NCBI GenBank assembly: GCA_964588985.1
Contig: CAZPQW010000025.1
Coordinates: 1 to 46,597 of the forward strand
Length of the DNA stretch: 46,597 nucleotides
Direction: 5' to 3'
Origin: an uncultured Solirubrobacteraceae bacterium
GTDB lineage: Bacteria > Actinomycetota > Thermoleophilia > Solirubrobacterales > Solirubrobacteraceae
Below the pieces are notes generated by a model. The model was given only the letters and a program-made list of their open reading frames with translations. It was not told the origin of the DNA and did no database searches. Both the position numbers and the translations under genes were made by a program. Positions 1 through 11,230 of the stretch are shown here, one piece after another (the first letter of the stretch is position 1; each line of letters begins with the position of its first letter).

Positions 1-2319
<2,319 letters not shown>

Positions 2320-2427
2320 GCGCCCCGCGCCGCAAGACGGCGCCCGCAATTCACGCGGCGCGCTTCCACTCGTCCAAATTCCGCCAGCATCCTCAGATAG
2401 GCACGCCCACCAGTCGAAACGCTGGGT

Positions 2428-3231
2428 GTGCCCCTCCCCCGCAAACGTCTCCTCGCCGCTCTCACCGCACTCATCTGCCTGGCCCTCGTCGCGATAGCTC
2501 CGACGGCTGCGTCGGCCACGATGCGACACCACCACGCTCGCTCGAGCTGCGCACGCTCCGCCGCTGCCGGCCAGCGCGCCCACGGCGCGGTCCGCGGCTG
2601 CCGCACGAGCGTCCACAGGGTCCGCGGCGCCCACCATCCCAAGACGCCAACGGCGCACAAAACCCCTGCCAAAGCGCCCAGAACGAAGATCGCCAGCGGC
2701 CACGAAAGCTCCGCCAACGAATCCGCCGCGAAGATCGCCCAGGTCCTCGCCACGCCCTGTCAGAACACCGAACTGACCCCTGAAGCAGGCAACCTCCCGC
2801 TGGTGCGCGCCGCGGTGCTCTGTCTCGTGAACCAGGAGCGCGCCCAGAACGGCCGCAACCCGCTCGCGCTCAGCCCGTCTCTCGAACAGGCCGCCGAAGG
2901 CCACTGCACAGAACTCGTCGCCGACGACTACTTCGCGCACGTCTCGCCCAGTGGAGAGACACCCGTCCAGAGGATCGACGCCGCCGGTTACATACCGAGC
3001 CCCAGCGACGGGTACGCCATCGGCGAGAACCTCGCGTGGGGAACGCTCAGCCTCTCCACCCCCAAGGCGATCGTCGCCGCATGGATCGCCTCCCCGGGCC
3101 ACCTCGCCAACATCCTCGAAAGCCAGTACACAGAAACTGGGATCGGCGTCACGCCCGCGGTGCCAGCATCGCTCGGCGAAGGCGAGCCCGGCGCAAGCTA
3201 CGCGCAGGAGTTCGGCGTCATCATCCACTGA
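2428..3231 (+). CDS. Secreted CAP/SCP-domain protein
   Basis: N-terminal signal peptide. CAP motifs LCLVNQERA, YFAHVSP, GENLAWG, WIASPGHLANIL. Confidence 0.88.
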   Translation: MPLPRKRLLAALTALICLALVAIAPTAASATMRHHHARSSCARSAAAGQRAHGAVRGCRTSVHRVRGAHHPKTPTAHKTPAKAPRTKIASGHESSANESAAKIAQVLATPCQNTELTPEAGNLPLVRAAVLCLVNQERAQNGRNPLALSPSLEQAAEGHCTELVADDYFAHVSPSGETPVQRIDAAGYIPSPSDGYAIGENLAWGTLSLSTPKAIVAAWIASPGHLANILESQYTETGIGVTPAVPASLGEGEPGASYAQEFGVIIH

Positions 3232-3309
3232 TCGCCTTCGCGAATTTCGCCTCCTCGTCGTCGCGGTTCGCTACTCTGGCTGGACCAGAGAAAGGAGGTG
3301 GTCCAAACG

Positions 3310-3354
3310 TTGAGTGACAGTTTTTCCGGGACCCTGGAGGTGACCGGCCGTTAG
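3310..3354 (+). CDS. Putative 14-aa micropeptide MSDSFSGTLEVTGR
   Basis: TTG start lies just downstream of the very strong SD AGAAAGGAGGTG; TAG stop at 3352-3354. Confidence 0.45.
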   Translation: MSDSFSGTLEVTGR

Positions 3355-3471
3355 GTCGGTAGGCTGGTCCGCCTAGCGGAATCCAACCCGGGACACCCCG
3401 AGACGACCGCCGGTACTGGTCCCTCCGGCCGCTGTTTCGTCGCTCTCGGTTCTTTCCAGTCAGCGCAGCAA

Positions 3472-3513
3472 ACGAGGGGCGTCGTAGGGCAGGCGCCCCT
3501 CGTCCTTTCTCCT
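3472..3513. terminator. Probable bidirectional intrinsic terminator
   Basis: ACGAGGGGCGTC-N8-GGCGCCCCTCGT stem. Followed by CCTTTCTCCT on + and by TTTG on - (just past the HNH stop). Confidence 0.7.
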
Positions 3514-3529
3514 AGAGGCCGAACGCCGA

Positions 3530-4126
3530 CTAAGCAGCTTGCGGCAGGTATTGGAGCCACGCCGCCGGGATCGTGGGGCTCGCCACGTGGATGAAGATCT
3601 CCGCCCGTGGCGTGCGGGGCGTGTGCCGCGGGTGCATCCCCGCCTGCTTCGGCAGCCGGTCGCCCTTGCGGCGGTTGCACGGCGCGCACGAAGCCACGAT
3701 GTTCTCCCAGTTGGAGCCGCCACCCTTCGATCGCGGGATCACGTGGTCGACCGTGAGGTTCGAGCGCGACCCGCAGTACTGGCACGTCCAGCTGTCGCGC
3801 GCGAACACCGCCCGCCGCGTGATCTTGCGCCGGTGGGCGTCCCTCGGCACATTCACGTAGCTCACCAGACGGATCACCACCGGTCGCGCGAGCGTCGAGC
3901 TCTCCGAGTGCAGCTCCCAGCGCCCGCGCTCCAGCAGCTCGGCCTTTTCCTTCAGCAGGAGCACCACCGCGCGCTTGACCGTGCACACGTTGATCGGCTC
4001 ATACGTGGCGTTCAAGACAAGCACCCGGCCACCCATCGCCCGGTGGGGCGATGCCTCAGGTCCGTGCCGCTGGTGCTCTGAAGGCGACACGAACCCCACC
4101 GGCTCGGGTGGGACTGTGCTCTCCAT
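3530..4126 (-). CDS. HNH endonuclease (McrA-like)
   Basis: [11 protein letters not shown]-terminus, [44 protein letters not shown]. The start could instead be the ATG at 4036. Confidence 0.92.
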   Translation of the reverse strand: MESTVPPEPVGFVSPSEHQRHGPEASPHRAMGGRVLVLNATYEPINVCTVKRAVVLLLKEKAELLERGRWELHSESSTLARPVVIRLVSYVNVPRDAHRRKITRRAVFARDSWTCQYCGSRSNLTVDHVIPRSKGGGSNWENIVASCAPCNRRKGDRLPKQAGMHPRHTPRTPRAEIFIHVASPTIPAAWLQYLPQAA

Positions 4127-4185
4127 GTTCGCCGGAGAGTCTAGCGGGGGTTCTGGCCGATGGGGCGCAAACGCCGCGCCGGGCG

Positions 4186-5100
4186 TCAGCTCACCGCTAC
4201 CCTGGGGCGCGCGGCCGAGTGGTACGAGCCCAGCACACGCACCTCCTCGCAGCGCTCTCGCAGCCCCGCGATCGCGTCCGCGACCGGCGCCTGCGAACTG
4301 CTGCCCGCAAGGTCGATGAAGAACATGTAGGTCCCCAACCGCCCGCGCAGGGGGCGCGACTCGATCCTCGTGAGGTTGATGTCCCTGCGCGCGAACTCCT
4401 CCAGGCAGCGCAGCAGCCAGCCGGGCTGCTCAGCACCAGGTCCCCAGAACACGAGCGATGTCTTCCACTCGCCGGTCGCATGAGCATCGGCGAGCGGCGC
4501 CCGCGCACTCTCTCCACGGCGGGCCAGCCACACGAAGCGCGTTTCGTTGTCGTCGCGATCCTCCACGCCCTCGCGCAGGATCGTGCCACCGTAGATCCTC
4601 GCCGCGAGCGCCGTCCCAAGCGCCGCCTGATCGGATCTGCCCTCACTCACCACCGTCCGCACCGCCTCCGCCGTCGAGCTCGCCGCCGCCACGCGGGCGT
4701 GCCCCAGCTCGCCGCGGAGGAAGCGCGTGCATTGTCCGGGCACCTGCGGGTGGGTCAGCACGGTCTGGATCTGCGCGAGATTGACGGGGCCCGCGGTGAT
4801 CAGCGAGTGGCGCACGCGCACGAGCGCCTCGCCGACGATCTCCACGTCGTCCGGCTCGCCCGCGAGCAGGTCCAGCGTCACCACGATCGACCCCTCGAGC
4901 GAGTTCTCGATCGGCGCCACCGCCCAGTCGACCTCTCCGCTGCGCAGCGCAGCCACCGTCTCGTAGATGCCGGCGAGCCCCACCGGCTCGACCGCGCCCT
5001 CCGCCGCGCTCCCCAGCAGGGCCTCCTCCGTGAAGGTGCCCTCCGGTCCCAGGTACCCCACCCGCGCCCGGCCGGTAGGCGGCTCAGGCGGGATGCTCAT
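4186..5100 (-). CDS. pheA: Prephenate dehydratase
   Basis: [26 protein letters not shown], and ACT domain with [10 protein letters not shown] and LGSY. ATG at 5100 overlaps the end of the upstream gene. Confidence 0.95.
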   Translation of the reverse strand: MSIPPEPPTGRARVGYLGPEGTFTEEALLGSAAEGAVEPVGLAGIYETVAALRSGEVDWAVAPIENSLEGSIVVTLDLLAGEPDDVEIVGEALVRVRHSLITAGPVNLAQIQTVLTHPQVPGQCTRFLRGELGHARVAAASSTAEAVRTVVSEGRSDQAALGTALAARIYGGTILREGVEDRDDNETRFVWLARRGESARAPLADAHATGEWKTSLVFWGPGAEQPGWLLRCLEEFARRDINLTRIESRPLRGRLGTYMFFIDLAGSSSQAPVADAIAGLRERCEEVRVLGSYHSAARPRVAVS

Positions 5101-5617
5101 CCCCGGCCGCCTCGCCGCCGCCCGCGATCGCCAGGCGCACCGCCTCGGCCTCCTCCGGGGACAGCTCCAGTTCGCCCCGCCCCGCGAGCACCTGCTTGCC
5201 GTAAACGCGCGCCTGGTCGCGATGGTGGATGCACGACAGCACGATCCCCGACTGCTGGTCGTCGAGCAGCGCGATCGACATCGACTGCTGCCCGGAGAGC
5301 TCGTTGTAGGCGTCGTAGCGCACGAGCGAGCGGTGGGCGATCGCCCCCCGCAGCGCCGCCTCCGCTCCCGCCAGGCGGCCGTCGAGGCGCAGCGCCATCT
5401 CCTCGACATAGTCGCGCAGCGCCTCGAACGCCTCCTGCATCGCTGCCGCGTGGGCCACCAGATCCTGGTCCTCGCGCTCGCCGAGCACCGTCCGCTGCGC
5501 GCGGCGCAGCCGGCGAACGGACATGCTCAGCGCGACGCACCCCAGCAGCGCTCCCAGCGCCAGCGCGACCGCCGCGATCGCGACGATGCCCTGGGTGTCG
5601 GTGATCGACGTGGCCAT
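5084..5617 (-). CDS. DUF4446-like membrane-anchored protein
   Basis: N-terminal TM helix, coiled coil, and VRYDAYNELSGQQSMSIALLD...YGK...LSPEE pattern recognised as DUF4446-like. Confidence 0.75.
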   Translation of the reverse strand: MATSITDTQGIVAIAAVALALGALLGCVALSMSVRRLRRAQRTVLGEREDQDLVAHAAAMQEAFEALRDYVEEMALRLDGRLAGAEAALRGAIAHRSLVRYDAYNELSGQQSMSIALLDDQQSGIVLSCIHHRDQARVYGKQVLAGRGELELSPEEAEAVRLAIAGGGEAAGDEHPA

Positions 5618-5651
5618 CGTCACAACTTAGCCGCTGGACTTAGACAGGTTC

Positions 5652-6794
5652 TTATTCGGCAAAGATCGCCAGGTAGGTGTTCTTGTTGTTTTCGAGGTCG
5701 TTCTCGCCCGGCACGCCCTCGACGTTCACCTGGATCTTCGCGGCCGCGCCGAGCGGCACGCCCGTCACGGGGATTTCCACGTTCACCGTCTTGCCCGGTT
5801 CGGTCTTGTCGACCACGTGCGTCGCCTTGTACTGCTTGCCGCCGGCCGAGATCGTGATGTCCACCTTCACGCTCGTCTCGTTGAATTCGCCGGAGTTTTC
5901 GACCTGGACCGCGAACGTCGGGCTGCTTCCCCCGCTGATGTGGTTGAGCGTCGGTTCCGGCGTGAGCGTGTTGGTCCCCACGCTCACCCCCTTCAGCGCG
6001 CTGCCGTGATTGCCGGTCACGGTCTGGCTCTGGCCCGAGCTCGAGGCCTGCCCCGTGATGCGCGACAGCGTCGTCGAAGCGTCGAGCCAGCCGAGGTTCG
6101 GCAGGAAGCGTTCTGCGGCGAGCGTCAGCCCCTGGATACCGTCGGCGCTCAGGGTCTGCTGGATGAGCGGAGCGGCGCGCTGGGAGTAGATCACGTCGGA
6201 GGCGAGGAACACCTCCATCTCGCCCGCGATCTGCGAGCTGATCTGGGTGCTCTGTCCGCTGAGCATCTTCGGCATCAGCAGCGCCACCTTCGCCATGCCT
6301 TCCGCGCGCAGGCCGAACGTCGTCAGCACGTTGCGCTGCGCGCTCACCATGTCGCCGGGCACGCTCATGTCCCTCGCGCGAGCCGCCAGTTCCTGGGCCA
6401 CCTTGCTCAGCTGGTCGATCTGCAGCTCAACGTCGAGCGCCGACTTGCTCGTCGCGTTCGTCAGCGCACCGAACAGCGGGCGCGACACCTGCGAGCTCGA
6501 TTCCTGCACCAGCCGGCCGACCGCGCTGTTGTAGTCCTTCAACGACTGCTGGCGTTTGCTTTTCACGCAGCCGTTGATCAACAGCACGATCACGATCAGC
6601 GCCACCACGCCGCCCACCAGCGCCGCGATGCGGCGGCGGATCAACAGCGTGTGCTGATCCAGTCCCCCGCTCGCGCCACCGCCGCCCTGCGGGCGCCGCG
6701 GTCGAGGCCGCTGCGCGGTCGCAGAGGCAGACGGTCGGGGCGCTCGGGGTGACGGTCGGGGCGCTGTGTCATCGCCATCGTCAAAGAACGACAA
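5652..6794 (-). CDS. Membrane-anchored protein with C-terminal Ig-like (CARDB-like) domain
   Basis: SD AAGGAG before TTG at 6794. One TM segment, a helical region, then a beta-rich C-terminus (VQVENSGE...VPGENDLENN). Confidence 0.7.
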   Translation of the reverse strand: MSFFDDGDDTAPRPSPRAPRPSASATAQRPRPRRPQGGGGASGGLDQHTLLIRRRIAALVGGVVALIVIVLLINGCVKSKRQQSLKDYNSAVGRLVQESSSQVSRPLFGALTNATSKSALDVELQIDQLSKVAQELAARARDMSVPGDMVSAQRNVLTTFGLRAEGMAKVALLMPKMLSGQSTQISSQIAGEMEVFLASDVIYSQRAAPLIQQTLSADGIQGLTLAAERFLPNLGWLDASTTLSRITGQASSSGQSQTVTGNHGSALKGVSVGTNTLTPEPTLNHISGGSSPTFAVQVENSGEFNETSVKVDITISAGGKQYKATHVVDKTEPGKTVNVEIPVTGVPLGAAAKIQVNVEGVPGENDLENNKNTYLAIFAE

Positions 6795-6944
6795 AAGCCA
6801 ACCGCTCCTTTGCAGGGACTTCGGGAAGGGCCCAAGTATGACTGCACGCCACCTACGTGACGATTCTGCAAGTTCTCGGTCAAAGCGTCTTTTCCTGCCT
6901 TGGGCGGCAGGGAGAGGACCGCGCGGCGGCGAACGCGGGAGGTG

Positions 6945-8678
6945 GTGGAGTCGCAGCGCACCCTCCTTCAGCAGCGCACCCCGGTCGAGGACACGCTCGT
7001 GCTCGAGCGCTACCGGCTGCTCGAGGAGCTCGGAACGGGCGGCTTCGGCACCGTGTGGAGCGCCCACGACGAGCTGCTCAACCGCCCCGTCGCGCTCAAG
7101 CGCATCTGGCTCGGCCCGGACGGGGACCTCGAGCGGGCGACCCGCGAGGCGCACGCCGGCGCACGCCTCAAACACCCCGCGATCGTGAGCCTGTACGAGG
7201 TCGTCTCGGCCGACGACGCCTTCTACCTCATCTCCGAGCTCGTCGAGGGACACACGCTCGCGCGGCTGATCGCGGACGAGGAGCTCGACGACGAGGAGAT
7301 CCTCGAGATCGGCCTCGCGCTCGCCGAAGCCCTCGCGCACGCGCACGCGCACGGGGTGATCCATCGCGACATCAAGCCGCACAACGTGCTCGTGCCCGAC
7401 CGCGTGGACGAGCGAGGAGGAGTGGCGGCCAAGCTGACCGACTTCGGCGGCGCGAGCCTTGTCGGCGAGGACGCGCTCACCCGCCCCGGCGACGTGCTCG
7501 GCACGCTCGCCTACATGGCCCCCGAGCAGGCCGACGGCCGTGAGGTCGCCGAGGAGGCGGACCTCTACTCGCTCGCGCTCGTCCTCTACGAGGCGCTCAG
7601 CGGCGTGAACCCCGTGCGCGGGTCGACCCCCGCGGCCACCGCGCGGCGCATCGGGCGCCCGATCGAATCACTTGCACGCACACGACGCGACCTGCCCCGG
7701 GCGCTCACAAGCGCCCTCGACATAGCCCTCTCACCCGCGCCCGGCGACCGCGGCACCATCGACAGGCTCCGCCTGGTGCTCGCCGAAACGCTCGAGCGCG
7801 GCGTGCAGCGCCCACGCCGCGGCCGCGGCCGGACCCGCGTCGAGGAGCCGACCCACGCGGACCCGATCGAGGCAACGCGCCGCTCTGCCCTCCCCGAACC
7901 AGAGGATCGACCGCTCCGCGCGCGTCTGCCGCGGTCACTCGACAGCCAGCGCCCGCCCGCGCGCCAGCACCTGGACCCCGAGGAGCAGCCTGAGCCCACC
8001 CGTGCGCGAATCGCGCTGCCTCGCGCGATCTGGATCTCCGTCGCCGTGGCCGCCGTCGTGTGGCAGCTGATCGCCGGACGCTCCGGGGTCGCGCTGCTCG
8101 CCGCCGCCGCTCTGCTGCCGCTGCTCCTGCTGCCCGGCGAGCGGCACTCCCGACGCGTCGGCGCGGGCTGGCTCGTCGCGGCGCTCGCGCCGATACTCGG
8201 TGTCGTCGGTCTCGCCGGCGCGTTTCCCGCGATCGCCGGGCAGGCATCGCGCTGGCGCTGGCGGCTCGCGATCGGAGCGCTCGGCTACTGGTGGCTGACG
8301 CTCGCCGAGCCGCTCGTGAACCGGCGCCTGTGGCTCGGCGCCGCGCCCGGAACACCCGCGCACGCGGCCTGGGAGAGCTCGATCGGGACGACCGCGTCGC
8401 ACGTCGTCGAGCCGATGCTCAGCCTCGGCGTGCTGCTCGGGGCGCTGCTGTGGGCGTGCGGCGCGCTCGCGCTGCCGTGGATCGTGCGCGGGCGCACAGC
8501 CGCCCTCGACCTCGTCGCCGTCGTGATGTGGTCGGCCGCCATCGCAGCATCCGCTCCCGCCCTCGACGCCGGCCTGTCACGACAGCCGACCCACCCCAGC
8601 CCGCACGGCGCCGTCCTCGGCGCCCTCGTCGGAGGGCTCGCCGCGCTCGCCGCAAGGGCTCTGCGCGGGCCCGTGTAA
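6945..8678 (+). CDS. Hanks-type Ser/Thr kinase with multi-TM C-terminus
   Basis: LGTGGFG, VALK, HRDIKPHN, DFG, GTLAYMAPE. Several hydrophobic helices at the C-terminus. Start uncertain (6900, 6942 or 6945). Confidence 0.9.
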   Translation: MESQRTLLQQRTPVEDTLVLERYRLLEELGTGGFGTVWSAHDELLNRPVALKRIWLGPDGDLERATREAHAGARLKHPAIVSLYEVVSADDAFYLISELVEGHTLARLIADEELDDEEILEIGLALAEALAHAHAHGVIHRDIKPHNVLVPDRVDERGGVAAKLTDFGGASLVGEDALTRPGDVLGTLAYMAPEQADGREVAEEADLYSLALVLYEALSGVNPVRGSTPAATARRIGRPIESLARTRRDLPRALTSALDIALSPAPGDRGTIDRLRLVLAETLERGVQRPRRGRGRTRVEEPTHADPIEATRRSALPEPEDRPLRARLPRSLDSQRPPARQHLDPEEQPEPTRARIALPRAIWISVAVAAVVWQLIAGRSGVALLAAAALLPLLLLPGERHSRRVGAGWLVAALAPILGVVGLAGAFPAIAGQASRWRWRLAIGALGYWWLTLAEPLVNRRLWLGAAPGTPAHAAWESSIGTTASHVVEPMLSLGVLLGALLWACGALALPWIVRGRTAALDLVAVVMWSAAIAASAPALDAGLSRQPTHPSPHGAVLGALVGGLAALAARALRGPV

Positions 8679-8772
8679 GAAACCCAGGCCCCGCCTGGAA
8701 ACCTGCTCCTGACGCCAGGTGCGTAGCATGGCTAACACCTGGCCACCGATCTGCGATCGGCCCGCCAAGCCT

Positions 8773-9552
8773 ATGCCGATGAACCTGCTCAAGAGCGTCG
8801 AGACCACGATCTCCAACCTCGTCGAGGGCGCTTTCGGACGGGTGTTCCGCTCCGAGGTCCGGCCGATGGAACTCGCGCGCAAGCTCACGCGCGAGATGGA
8901 CGCGCACCGCACGGTGTCCGTGTCACGGGTGTACGTGCCAAACGAGTACTCGGTATGGCTCTCGCCCGAGGATCGCGCGCGCTACGAGGGCGTCGAGCAC
9001 GAGGTGATCGACGAGCTATGCGGCTACCTGCTCGAGCACGCCCGTCGCGAGGAGCTGATCCTCGCCTCGCAGCCGCACATCACCTTCCACACCGACGAGC
9101 GGCTCTCGCTCGGCGAGTTCGGCATCCAGGCGCGGTTGGTCCGACCGGACGATCACAGTGATGGGCATACACCGCCACCCGTCGAGCAGGAAGAACACGG
9201 CCAGACGATGATCTACAGCACCTCCGCGCGAACCCGCGGAGCGCTCGAAGACGCACGCGACCGGCGCCGCAGCACGCGCGCGCTGCTCGTCGTCGGCTCG
9301 CGCCGGCTGCTCGTTCCGCCCACCGGCGGAGTCGTGGGCCGCAGTCGCGACTGCGAGATCGTCATCGACGACGCCGGCATCTCACGTCGTCACGCGGAGA
9401 TCCGCCCGGATCTGGACGGCTGGACCGTCGAGGATCTCGGTTCCACCAACGGGGTGGCCGTCAACGGCCACGCGATTCGCGGCGCGGCCTCTCTGCAATC
9501 GGGCGACCGCATCGAGCTCGGCTCGACCGAGCTGCTCTTCGAAGTTGGATGA
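8773..9552 (+). CDS. fhaA: DUF3662 + FHA domain protein (FhaA)
   Basis: N-terminal FRSEVRPMELARKL...VPNEY. FHA motifs GRSRDC, SRRHAEI, DLGSTNG. First gene of the canonical actinobacterial cluster. Confidence 0.9.
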   Translation: MPMNLLKSVETTISNLVEGAFGRVFRSEVRPMELARKLTREMDAHRTVSVSRVYVPNEYSVWLSPEDRARYEGVEHEVIDELCGYLLEHARREELILASQPHITFHTDERLSLGEFGIQARLVRPDDHSDGHTPPPVEQEEHGQTMIYSTSARTRGALEDARDRRRSTRALLVVGSRRLLVPPTGGVVGRSRDCEIVIDDAGISRRHAEIRPDLDGWTVEDLGSTNGVAVNGHAIRGAASLQSGDRIELGSTELLFEVG

Positions 9553-10058
9553 ACGCGCTCGAGCCCGTATCGGTCGCGCTGAAGTTCGGCTTCCTCGCCG
9601 TCCTCTACCTGTTCCTGCTGTGGGTCGCGCGCAGCGCCCGCCGCGACCTGCGCACGGACCTCTCGCCGAGCCCGCAGCGCGGCGGCGAGGCGCACCCCAT
9701 ACCGCCCGACGCCACCGGCCTCTACTCGGCCTCCACGCTAGGCACGGTAGGCGCCTCCGCGCTCGCGCCGCGACTGGTCGTCGAGCGCGCGCCCGGGCAC
9801 GAAGCGGGCATGATCTACGACCTCAACGGCGACCTCGCGCTCGGTCGCGGCGAGAACGCCGAGATCCGCCTCGAGGACCCCTTCGCCTCCTCTCGCCACG
9901 CGCGCATCTACGAGCAGGGCAACATCGTCGTGATCGAAGACCTCGACTCCACCAACGGCACCTACCTCAACGAGGAGCTGCTGCAGACGCCCAGGCCGCT
10001 GCACCCGGGCGATCGCGTGCGCATCGGCGACAGCGAATTCACCTTCGAGGTCGGCTGA
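9549..10058 (+). CDS. fhaB: Membrane-anchored FHA protein (FhaB/FipA-like)
   Basis: N-terminal TM and FHA motifs GRG, SSRHARI, DLDSTNGTYLN. ATGA overlap with fhaA. Confidence 0.9.
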   Translation: MNALEPVSVALKFGFLAVLYLFLLWVARSARRDLRTDLSPSPQRGGEAHPIPPDATGLYSASTLGTVGASALAPRLVVERAPGHEAGMIYDLNGDLALGRGENAEIRLEDPFASSRHARIYEQGNIVVIEDLDSTNGTYLNEELLQTPRPLHPGDRVRIGDSEFTFEVG

Positions 10059-11230
10059 TGCTCCGCGTTGCCGAGCAATATGCCGGGAGCGACACCGGGC
10101 GTCAGCGACGCGCCAACGAGGACTCGATGCTCGCGCGCTCGCCGTTGTTCGTGATCGCCGACGGCATGGGCGGCGCGCAGGCGGGAGAGGTCGCCTCGAA
10201 ACTCGCCGTCGACTCCTTCCAGTTTGGCCTGCCCGACACCGCCGAGCCCGAGCTCGCGCTCGCCTCGCTCGCCCACGCGGCCAACGCGCGCATCCACGAG
10301 CTCTCGCACGCGAGCGCCGAGCACGCCGGTATGGGCACGACGCTCACCGCCGTGTACGTCACAGCGGAGGAGGTCGCGATCGCCCACGTCGGCGACAGCC
10401 GCGCCTACTGCCTGCGCGACGGCGAGCTGCTGCGCCTGACCGACGACCATTCGCTCGTCGACGAGCTGATGCGCCAGGGCAGGCTCACGCCCGAGGAAGC
10501 CGTCGAGCACCCCCAGCGCTCGGTGATCACGCGCGCGCTCGGACCCGAAGGCATGGTGGAGGTCGACACGCGCTCGTTCCGCGCTCGTCCCGGCGACGTG
10601 TACCTGCTGTGCAGTGACGGGCTCACCACGATGATCTCCGAGGAGGAGGTCGCCGCCGTCCTGCTCGCACACCCGCGCCTGCACGACGCGGGGGAGGCGC
10701 TGATCGCGGCCGCCAACGACGCTGGCGGGCGCGACAACATCACCGTCGTGCTGTTCCGCCTGGAGGACGTGGAAGCGGGGCAGTACCTCGACCCGCAGGA
10801 CCAGGCCACGATGACCGACCTCCCCGCCGTCGTCGCGCCGCCGCAGCAGAGCGCTCCCCCGCGGACGCTCGCCCCGCGTGCCGCCGTCCCCCAGCAGCCG
10901 TACTCAGGAGGCTCGCGCAGGCGCATGCGCCGTCTGGGCGCGTCGGTGGCGATCCTCGCGGTGCTGGCCCTGATCGGCTGCGCCGCCTACCTGGCCTTGC
11001 AGTCCGTGTACTTCATCGGCACCAACGACCGCGGGCTGGTCACGCTCTACCAGGGCGTCCCGTACCGACTGCCGGGCAACATCGCGCTCTACAGCAGCCG
11101 ATACGTCTCCGGCGTGAGCGCGTCGACGCTCGCGCCACAGCGGCGCAAGACGCTGCTCGACCACTCGCTGCGTTCGGAAGCAAACGCCGCGTCGCTGATT
11201 CGCAGCCTCGAACTGGGTCAGCTCGAATGA
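10058..11230 (+). CDS. pstP: PP2C-family Ser/Thr phosphatase (PstP/Stp1)
   Basis: GRQRRANED, ADGMGG, HVGDSRAY, LCSDGL, GGRDNIT; C-terminal TM. TGATG overlap with fhaB. Confidence 0.94.
   Translation: MLRVAEQYAGSDTGRQRRANEDSMLARSPLFVIADGMGGAQAGEVASKLAVDSFQFGLPDTAEPELALASLAHAANARIHELSHASAEHAGMGTTLTAVYVTAEEVAIAHVGDSRAYCLRDGELLRLTDDHSLVDELMRQGRLTPEEAVEHPQRSVITRALGPEGMVEVDTRSFRARPGDVYLLCSDGLTTMISEEEVAAVLLAHPRLHDAGEALIAAANDAGGRDNITVVLFRLEDVEAGQYLDPQDQATMTDLPAVVAPPQQSAPPRTLAPRAAVPQQPYSGGSRRRMRRLGASVAILAVLALIGCAAYLALQSVYFIGTNDRGLVTLYQGVPYRLPGNIALYSSRYVSGVSASTLAPQRRKTLLDHSLRSEANAASLIRSLELGQLE

Larger units (their letters stand above)
3281..3513 (+). ncRNA. Candidate structured small RNA / micro-ORF transcript
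   Basis: -10-like TACTCT at 3272-3277, a 5' hairpin, several nested helices whose G-U pairs favour the + strand, and a terminal 12-bp hairpin with a pyrimidine tail. No long ORF. Confidence 0.6.

Noticed and set aside
2320-2427. tRNA after gyrA, or a c-di-GMP riboswitch around GTCGAAAC
   Set aside because: No cloverleaf or T-loop. The GGCAAA...GACGCAAAG elements and second stem of the class I riboswitch are missing.
3289-3305. Remnant of a 16S rRNA gene on the minus strand
   Set aside because: Similarity stops after 17 nt; the expected continuation (GCCGCACCTTCC) is absent.
3281-4126. HNH plus adjacent structured RNA as a HEARO/IscB-type RNA-guided nuclease
   Set aside because: The protein is a short McrA-like HNH with no RuvC or PLMP segments. 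The RNA is downstream, probably on the opposite strand, and separated by a terminator. No transposon ends are visible.
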